This document shows positions 7,731-14,272 of a stretch of DNA of 62,780 nt, in pieces. This DNA is from a virus (Duplodnaviria > Caudoviricetes), in the IMG/VR virus record IMGVR_UViG_3300007609_000001, positions 1 to 62,780 of that record. One strand, 5' to 3'. Positions within the stretch are counted from its first letter, which is position 1; each line of letters starts with the position of its first letter. The translations under genes and the position numbers were made by a program. The notes under the pieces were generated by a model. It made no database searches and was not told the origin of the DNA. It saw nothing but the letters and a program-made list of their open reading frames with translations.

Positions 7731-8762
7731 ATGACAACAGTAAACCTTAACGAAGCAGCACATCTTGTCCGCACCTGTGGACAGACTAATACATTTATCT
7801 TTCAGGGCGAACCGGGCATAGGCAAGTCTGCCATGCTCCATGCACTGGCGGATAAGTCTGACCTTGAGCCGCGCTACATCGACTGCGCCTTGCTCGACTT
7901 GGGCGATCTGCAAATGCCCCGTGTGGGTGAGTCGGTAGAGTTCGTGCCCAATAAGATGTTCGTCGGTGACAAGCCGCTGATCATCATGCTCGATGAGATT
8001 GGCAAAGCTATGCGCCCGGTGCAGAATGCCTTGCTAGCCTTGTTACTTGAACATCGCATCGGCAACCACAAGCTGCCCGAAGGCTCCGTGGTGTTTGGCA
8101 CGACCAACATGGCAAGCGATGGTGTGGGCGATATGATGCAGGCGCATGCCCGTAACCGTGTGACTTTTCTCACAGTTCGCAAGCCTGATGCCGATGAGTG
8201 GATTGACTGGGGTGTGGGTAACGACATTGACCCGACGATCATGGCGTGGGTTAAGGAGTACCCGCAATGCCTTGCCAGCTATGCTGACGACCCGGATGGT
8301 GCGACGGATAACCCGTACATCTTTACCCCGCGTAAGCAGCAGGCTGCCTTTGTCACGCCTCGATCCCTTGCACATGCCTCGCATATTGTTAAGCAGCGAG
8401 CCAACTTGACTGATGATGTGCTGATATCGGCATTGTCTGGCACGATTGGTGAGTCTGCCGCGCGTGATATGCAGGCGTTCCTGTCGGTGGCTGATGCGCT
8501 ACCGCCGTTCAAGGCAATCATTGAGAAGCCTGAGACTGTTCAGGTGCCTGACTCGCCCATTGCCTGTGTGATTCTGGCGCTGGGTGCGGTGACTCGCATG
8601 ACTGCCGAGAACGTCGATGCGTGGATGACATACCTCGCCCGCTTGCCCCGTGAGGTGCAGTTCATGTTTGCCCAACAGGCGATGCGTAGTCGCAGTGCAG
8701 CTGTGGTTGTGAAGTCAAAGCACTTCACGGACTGGGCACGCGAGAACAGCTGGGCAGTTTAG
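7731..8762 (+). CDS. MoxR/AAA_5-type AAA+ ATPase
   Basis: GEPGIGKS Walker A, IMLDEIGK Walker B, VQNALL, TTN sensor, TPRS. Confidence 0.9.
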   Translation: MTTVNLNEAAHLVRTCGQTNTFIFQGEPGIGKSAMLHALADKSDLEPRYIDCALLDLGDLQMPRVGESVEFVPNKMFVGDKPLIIMLDEIGKAMRPVQNALLALLLEHRIGNHKLPEGSVVFGTTNMASDGVGDMMQAHARNRVTFLTVRKPDADEWIDWGVGNDIDPTIMAWVKEYPQCLASYADDPDGATDNPYIFTPRKQQAAFVTPRSLAHASHIVKQRANLTDDVLISALSGTIGESAARDMQAFLSVADALPPFKAIIEKPETVQVPDSPIACVILALGAVTRMTAENVDAWMTYLARLPREVQFMFAQQAMRSRSAAVVVKSKHFTDWARENSWAV

Positions 8763-8788
8763 TTTCCTAATTAGGAAGGAGTACAGCG

Positions 8789-9943
8789 ATGAATAACTTA
8801 ACCCACGAGCAGCGACTACAACGTAGTCACATTTCCTTGATGCGCTCGCCCAACTTTGCTTTGTTGTCCGGCATTATCCTGCTGGGCACGAGCAGTGTGA
8901 AGGACGGTGTACCCACTGCGTACACTAACGGGCGTGACAAGGTGTATGGCCGGGAGTTCATGGACACGCTCGACGAGAAGCAGCTTAACTTTGTTGTGGC
9001 GCATGAGAACTTTCACGTTCTCTATAAGCATCTGACGACATGGCAGAAGCTATGGCAGGAGGATGCCAAGCTGGCTAATAGGGCGTGTGACTACGTGATC
9101 AACCAGCAGATACTTGACCTCGACCCGGGCAATAACTATGTGCGCTTGCCTGAGATCAACCTCTGCCTAGATGCGAAGTACCGAGGCTGGGATGCCAAGC
9201 AGGTCTATGACGACCTCAAGCAGCAGCAAGACGAAGGCGGCGGCTCTGGCGGTGACTCATTCGATGAGCATGGCTTTGACGATGCGCAGTCTATGAGTGA
9301 GCAGGAGCGCAAGGAGCTGGAGCAGGCGGTCGATCAAGCCGCGCGTCAGGGTGACATTCTGGCTGGGAAACTCAACGGTAAGACTAACCGTGATATCGGT
9401 GCGATACCTGAGCCGCAAGTCGACTGGCGTGAGCAGTTGCAAGACTTCGTGCAGTCTGTCTGTGCAGGGCGTGACAGCAGCACATGGCGCAGGCCTAACC
9501 GACGGTGGCTGGCTAGCGGGGCTTATATGCCTAGCCCCTACTCTGAGTCTATCGGCCCGGTGGTGGTCGCTGTGGATACCTCGGCGTCTATTAGTGCTGA
9601 GACTATCAACCAGTTCTTATCTGAGATTGTGAGCATCACTGAAGCCATGCCGCCTGAGCGCATCCATCTGTTGTACTGGGATACTAAGGTAGCCCGTGAG
9701 GAGGTGTATGTGCCCGGTGAGTATGAGTCTTTAGCCAGTTCAACCAAGCCTGCGGGTGGTGGGGGTACTGACCCGGGATGCGTCAAGCACTTTGTCGATG
9801 GCATGGGTACTAAGCCTGAGCTGGTGCTGGTGCTGACCGACGGGTACATATACGGCGACTGGCCGGACTTCAACGAGCCTACTTTGTGGGTGTCAACAAG
9901 CAACCGTGTCTCGCCTTATGGCAAGACTATTCACATTAAGTAA
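8789..9943 (+). CDS. Metallopeptidase-like plus VWA domain protein (DUF2201-like)
   Basis: VAHENFH (HExxH), NRACDYVIN, MIDAS VDTSAS, GGGGTDP, LTDGY. Confidence 0.88.
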   Translation: MNNLTHEQRLQRSHISLMRSPNFALLSGIILLGTSSVKDGVPTAYTNGRDKVYGREFMDTLDEKQLNFVVAHENFHVLYKHLTTWQKLWQEDAKLANRACDYVINQQILDLDPGNNYVRLPEINLCLDAKYRGWDAKQVYDDLKQQQDEGGGSGGDSFDEHGFDDAQSMSEQERKELEQAVDQAARQGDILAGKLNGKTNRDIGAIPEPQVDWREQLQDFVQSVCAGRDSSTWRRPNRRWLASGAYMPSPYSESIGPVVVAVDTSASISAETINQFLSEIVSITEAMPPERIHLLYWDTKVAREEVYVPGEYESLASSTKPAGGGGTDPGCVKHFVDGMGTKPELVLVLTDGYIYGDWPDFNEPTLWVSTSNRVSPYGKTIHIK

Positions 9944-9971
9944 TCGTCTAATTAGACAAAGGAGTATAGCA

Positions 9972-10829
9972 ATGAGTATGTCAATTAGTTCATCTGCAAT
10001 GTTAGTTGATTTGTCAATCAGTTCATGGACGGCGCGTAAGCTCGACAAGGGCGTTACCGACGAGGTGAACACTAGCAAGCACGCCAGCCAGCAGGCATCG
10101 CGTGTCAATAAAAACCTACTGCCCGGTGTGGAGCAGCTCGACGGCATCGTCAAGCACGCTGCGATGGTGCGAAACTGGGTAGCTACCCGCACGCTGCCAT
10201 GGTCTGACTATGGCCCACGGCTGATCACCACGGATAAGTTCTTTGACTTCAAGCGTGAGCTAGACCAGTACGAGCGTGAGTTCCATGAGAAGGTGCAGAG
10301 CTTTCTGGATGTATACCCCACGCTCATTAGTATGCAGGCGTTCAAGCTAGGTGATATGTTTGACCGCGAGGAGTACCCTGATGTGTCTGAGCTTGCGAAT
10401 AAGTTTAGGTTCAACGTAGCCTACCTGCCCATACCGGAGACAGGAGACTTTCGTGTGGACATTGGCCGTGAGGCGCTTGATGAGGTTCGCTCGCAGTATG
10501 CACGGGAGTACGAGCAGCGCTTGGAGAACGCGATGAACGAGGTTCGAGATAGAATACTCAACTCATTACGTCACCTGTCTGAGCGGTTCACCGACAACGA
10601 CGACGGCTCGCGTAAGCGCTTTCGCAATAATGTGCTTGAGAACTTTGCCGAGACAATCGCCTCGGTGCGTGAGCTTAACCTGACTAAGGACGCCGCCATT
10701 GATGCTATGGCGCTTGAGGCTGAGGAGGCAATACGCGGTGTTGATGTTGATAGTTTGAAAGAAAGTAAGGAGGTTCGTGAGGATGTACGTGAGCGTGTTA
10801 ACTCAGTTCTTGATGCCTTTTCATTCTGA
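9972..10829 (+). CDS. DUF3150-like protein
   Basis: 285 aa, WTARKLD...TLPWSDYGPRL...FDREEYP; typical neighbour of AAA/VWA pairs. Confidence 0.6.
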   Translation: MSMSISSSAMLVDLSISSWTARKLDKGVTDEVNTSKHASQQASRVNKNLLPGVEQLDGIVKHAAMVRNWVATRTLPWSDYGPRLITTDKFFDFKRELDQYEREFHEKVQSFLDVYPTLISMQAFKLGDMFDREEYPDVSELANKFRFNVAYLPIPETGDFRVDIGREALDEVRSQYAREYEQRLENAMNEVRDRILNSLRHLSERFTDNDDGSRKRFRNNVLENFAETIASVRELNLTKDAAIDAMALEAEEAIRGVDVDSLKESKEVREDVRERVNSVLDAFSF

Positions 10830-11083
10830 TGCTTAGGGTATTTAGAGACGAGGATGGTGAGTGGTGGGCTGAGCCTTTACTCAAAGATACATGGGGTAGT
10901 GAGACCCAACGTGTAAGTTCTATTGATGAGTTTGATGACGAGGTGGCTGACCGCCTCGCCATTCTTTTGCACGTTGACCATAACGACCATGTAGAGGGTA
11001 TAGGTCGGCGCATTAGTAAAGATACGTTTTGGCTTTTCCACGAGGGTAAAGACTCGTGGTTACTTTCAGCTTTCAAGGAGTAG
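10829..11083 (+). CDS. Hypothetical protein
   Basis: TGATG-coupled ORF. Confidence 0.65.
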   Translation: MLRVFRDEDGEWWAEPLLKDTWGSETQRVSSIDEFDDEVADRLAILLHVDHNDHVEGIGRRISKDTFWLFHEGKDSWLLSAFKE

Positions 11084-11084
11084 T

Positions 11085-11435
11085 GTGATGAAGAAGTTAT
11101 TAGTGACGATGTGCATGTCAGTTTTTCTGCTGGCAGCTAACCCGGCCCCGGCGCAGGCGCAAGGCAGCCTGACTGAGGATATGTGTAAACACGTCTATAC
11201 ATTGTCTGACAATGTGATGTTATTGCGGCAATACGGCATGCCTATGCACGAGGTAAGAGCCATGCTGCTTACTCAGGTGGACTCGGAGATCGCCGCTGAC
11301 ATTATTAAGGCAGTTATATCTGATGCCTATGCCATGCCTCGGCTGCACAACGACGACATGATTCAGTCTGAGGCGACTGAGTTTGCTAATAAGAACTACC
11401 GCGAGTGCCTCTTGGCATTTGGCGATGCGACATAA
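11085..11435 (+). CDS. Hypothetical exported protein
   Basis: Sec signal MKKLLVTMCMSVFLLAANPAPAQA; two Cys in the mature part. Confidence 0.7.
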   Translation: MMKKLLVTMCMSVFLLAANPAPAQAQGSLTEDMCKHVYTLSDNVMLLRQYGMPMHEVRAMLLTQVDSEIAADIIKAVISDAYAMPRLHNDDMIQSEATEFANKNYRECLLAFGDAT

Positions 11436-11444
11436 AGGTGCGCT

Positions 11445-11708
11445 ATGAGTGATAAAAATAACGTTGAGAAAATCTACCCGGTGCATGCGCTTAGAAACCC
11501 GGACAAGCTGTTGGAGTTGTGCAAGGGAGACTTCGAGGTCGTGTGTGTTTTGGGTGTTAACAAGTCAGGTGCTTTGACGGCAAGGGCAACGGATAACATG
11601 ACAGTCGCTGAATTGGTCTTTTACATGGAGCAGGTCAAGGCGATTCTGCTCGATGGCAGAGATGATGACGACGATGACGATGATGACGATGATGAGGACG
11701 ATGAGTGA
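11445..11708 (+). CDS. Hypothetical protein with poly-Asp tail
   Basis: 87-aa ORF followed by palindrome 11711. Confidence 0.7.
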   Translation: MSDKNNVEKIYPVHALRNPDKLLELCKGDFEVVCVLGVNKSGALTARATDNMTVAELVFYMEQVKAILLDGRDDDDDDDDDDDEDDE

Positions 11709-11743
11709 TCGTCTAATTAGACGATTAGCATGGAGGTCATGGT

Positions 11744-12268
11744 ATGGCTACTAAAGTATGTGAGCAATGTGCTGAGGAGCTTCCCATTAAAATGTTCTGG
11801 GGGGAGCACCGTAAGCGGATGAAGGTGTGTACGCCCTGCAGGCGCAAGGAGGCACGGCGAGCTAAGCGTCGCCGGGCTAGGATGCGTGAGTTGCAGGCAC
11901 AAAAACGTGAGGAGATAAAGCGCGTGGTGCAGGAGCAAGATAGAAAGATGCGGGAGACCGCGATGTACGCTGGCGTGTTGGAGCTTAACAAGATTATCTC
12001 TAGGATCGACAACAAGCTCAAGAAGTACAGCGACAAGGTAGCCTATTGTGAGGGCAGTGCTCGCACTGAGGCGGCGATTGAGTATCAGTGGAAACGGCGG
12101 GCGTATTATCAGGAGATCAAAGACTTACTGTATGCTGATGCTGCGCGCGGGATAGATCGCCCGCTTGAGTTTTATTTGAGCAATACATATTTACTTCACA
12201 AGCATGGGTTTCCTGTGGTAGTAATTGACGCTCACCCAGATGAGGATATAGACAATGCCGATAGTTGA
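11744..12268 (+). CDS. Hypothetical protein with CxxC...CxxC and a basic coiled coil
   Basis: CEQC...CTPC. Confidence 0.65.
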   Translation: MATKVCEQCAEELPIKMFWGEHRKRMKVCTPCRRKEARRAKRRRARMRELQAQKREEIKRVVQEQDRKMRETAMYAGVLELNKIISRIDNKLKKYSDKVAYCEGSARTEAAIEYQWKRRAYYQEIKDLLYADAARGIDRPLEFYLSNTYLLHKHGFPVVVIDAHPDEDIDNADS

Positions 12269-12491
12269 GCCTGCGAGAATCAGCGAAGTTCGCCCCGATG
12301 GCAGCCGGGTTATTCTGCCTGAGTCCGAGGTGCGTATAGTCCATGCGCGCACGGGTGTTGAGTACAGTTGCGAGGAGGATGCACTGGCTGATGTGCAGAA
12401 CCCTGAGACAGATACTTGCGAGGAGGACATCTGCCGTAGTACAACTATTCGTGTACTGCAGGGGTTAAGTTTTGACGGGGATGCTGGATAG
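12255..12491 (+). CDS. Hypothetical protein
   Basis: 78 aa, GAGGA RBS. Confidence 0.65.
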   Translation: MPIVEPARISEVRPDGSRVILPESEVRIVHARTGVEYSCEEDALADVQNPETDTCEEDICRSTTIRVLQGLSFDGDAG

Positions 12492-12518
12492 AGAACTCCC
12501 CCCTTAGTAGCTGAGGTG

Positions 12519-12565
12519 TGTGAGTAGCGTGTCCTCCTGTATCGCTGTACTCCGCGCTACTCACA
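12519..12565 (+). ncRNA. Candidate antisense sRNA hairpin against phage translation-initiation regions
   Basis: Perfect 11-bp stem TGTGAGTAGCG/CGCTACTCACA; the loop holds ATCGCTGTACTCC, the reverse complement of GGAGTACAGCGAT. Confidence 0.65.
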
Positions 12566-12641
12566 AGAACACGGCGCGCTGGCCGTCGTAGCTACATGCC
12601 AGCACTTATTAAAATATGACCGTACCCACAACGGATGACCA

Positions 12642-12836
12642 ATGCCTAAGCACTACAATCATAAGCGAGGTGAGCATCACCACGCCGCTCGCCTGACTGA
12701 ATCCGAAGTACGCCGCATGCGTGAGTTGAAACAAGACTACGACTTGTGTGTGCGTTGTATAGCCATTTTGTTCGACCAACCCTACCCCACAGCGTGGGAT
12801 GCTATTAACTACAACACATGGAGGCATGTGAAATGA
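12642..12836 (+). CDS. Small HTH-like DNA-binding protein (HNH C-terminal-type domain)
   Basis: RGEHHHAARLTESEVRRMREL...TWRHV. Confidence 0.65.
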   Translation: MPKHYNHKRGEHHHAARLTESEVRRMRELKQDYDLCVRCIAILFDQPYPTAWDAINYNTWRHVK

Positions 12837-13237
12837 GTGACGATAAGCAATACGTATCTGACGGGAGCACAGCGAGCTATTACGAGTTGCCTGAGCGGGC
12901 GCGTGAGCTTCAGGACTTGATTAGCTATAGAAACATGAACGCCCAAGACGGTGAGATTTTTCGTGCGATTTATCGCAAAGGGCTGGCTAAGCACAGCGAT
13001 GCGCTACGCGATGCGAAGAAGGTGAAGTTCTACGCGGATGCTGAAGTCGAACGCTTAGAGAAGTTAAGCCAGAGTGAGTCTGGTGGTGTAGATTTTCCAT
13101 CACTTTCGGGTAAGCCTGAAACGATTGTGACGGGAGGAGAGGTAGCGATAATGGACTTAAAGCGTGATGTTAAAGCGCTGACGCACCGTGTCTGGCGGCT
13201 TGAGGTTAAGACGGGCGTTGTTAAAAATTCGCTTTGA
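12833..13237 (+). CDS. DUF3310/SaV-like protein (tentative)
   Basis: GSTASYY...GEIFRAIYR...RDAKKVKFY pattern. Confidence 0.5.
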   Translation: MSDDKQYVSDGSTASYYELPERARELQDLISYRNMNAQDGEIFRAIYRKGLAKHSDALRDAKKVKFYADAEVERLEKLSQSESGGVDFPSLSGKPETIVTGGEVAIMDLKRDVKALTHRVWRLEVKTGVVKNSL

Positions 13238-13285
13238 TTTTAGCCTCATAGGCTATTTGTTGAACATTATTTATACAGGAGACAC

Positions 13286-13549
13286 GTGATGAACAAACAT
13301 ACTGAGCTGCTTAGATTGTATAACCAGTGGCGGCGAGGAGACATCGAGCAGCTTGATTTCACGGCGAAAGAGATAGGAGAGGCGATTGATGGGGTGCTTG
13401 AAGAACGGGCTGAGATGCTAGACGCCTTGGAGATGGGCATATCGACAAAAACCGCAAACGAGGCTGTCAGGCGGTGTGCAGAAGATGTTGCTAGATATGT
13501 TGTTGCTAAAGCCAAAGGGGAGTGGCCAAAGGAGAGTAGGGATGAGTAG
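13286..13549 (+). CDS. Hypothetical protein
   Basis: AGGAG RBS; YNQWRRG. Confidence 0.65.
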   Translation: MMNKHTELLRLYNQWRRGDIEQLDFTAKEIGEAIDGVLEERAEMLDALEMGISTKTANEAVRRCAEDVARYVVAKAKGEWPKESRDE

Positions 13550-13620
13550 TTTAAGTCTTCGTCAGTTTGCTCACTCATAGTGGGCAGAAAACGATTTTGT
13601 TAAACCTAAGGAGGACAAAG

Positions 13621-13815
13621 GTGAGTGAGTGTCACCGGGTAGTTGGTTCAGACAACGGAAACGCTAAGCTAACTGAGGCTGATGTGAGGTTGATTCGTGC
13701 GCTTTATGCGCAGGGCGGCTTTACTTATTACGATATTGCAGATAAGTTTGATGTCCATTTTGAAACAATACGTCGAATAATTAAGCGCAGATTATGGGCT
13801 CATGTAGATGACTAA
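13621..13815 (+). CDS. Small HTH DNA-binding protein (paralogue of 12642)
   Basis: GTG start after AGGAGG; GSDNGNAKLTEADVRLIR...IADKFDVHFETIRRII...WAHV. Confidence 0.7.
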   Translation: MSECHRVVGSDNGNAKLTEADVRLIRALYAQGGFTYYDIADKFDVHFETIRRIIKRRLWAHVDD

Positions 13816-13857
13816 TATGGCGGATACCCCCGCTATGGGCCCACGTAGGAGACAAAT

Positions 13858-14154
13858 ATGGCTGATACCCCCGAGAAAAAGGTAAAAAAGAAAGTCGTTG
13901 AGATTCTAAAACAATACGGCGCTTATTACTTCTACCCTGTTACTGGTGGGTTTGGTGCCAGCGGGGTGCCTGACATCATTGCTTGCTACAACGGCAAGTT
14001 CCTTGGCATCGAGGTTAAGGCAGACGCAAAGAAGCGTGGCCCGACAGCGTTGCAGCAGAAAAACTTGGATCAGATCAATGCGACAGGTGGTGTCGCAGTC
14101 GTGATCGACGCTAACAATATAGATGAAGTAGAAGCCTTGATGGCGGGGTTGTAG
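13858..14154 (+). CDS. VRR-NUC / Holliday junction resolvase-like nuclease
   Basis: PEKKVK...GVPDII...GIEVKA...PTALQ. Confidence 0.85.
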   Translation: MADTPEKKVKKKVVEILKQYGAYYFYPVTGGFGASGVPDIIACYNGKFLGIEVKADAKKRGPTALQQKNLDQINATGGVAVVIDANNIDEVEALMAGL

Positions 14155-14157
14155 GCC

Positions 14158-14262
14158 ATGTGCGGTGTTTTGAGCTACGCCATAGCTGCGCTAATCATTG
14201 TGGTTTGCGCGTTTACTACGCTCATCGCCGGGGTGCTGGCGTGGGCGGTGTTTAAAAAATAG
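14158..14262 (+). CDS. Small membrane peptide (34 aa, not in the ORF track)
   Basis: MCGVLSYAIAALIIVVCAFTTLIAGVLAWAVFKK fills the gap before polA. Confidence 0.45.
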   Translation: MCGVLSYAIAALIIVVCAFTTLIAGVLAWAVFKK

Positions 14263-14272
14263 GAGTACAGCG

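Larger units (their letters stand above)
2110..11722. repeat. Dispersed 12-bp palindrome family, consensus YGTCTAATTAGACR
   Basis: GTCTAATTAGAC at 2110, 2765, 3012, 3624, 3928, 4287, 4781, 5371, 6107, 6935, 7698, 9946, 11711; TCCTAATTAGGA at 5355 and 8765; none noticed elsewhere. Confidence 0.95.

Noticed and set aside
2110-11722. CRISPR array formed by the palindromes
   Set aside because: The repeat is only 12 bp, spacing is irregular (up to ~1.8 kb) and contains whole genes; no cas operon
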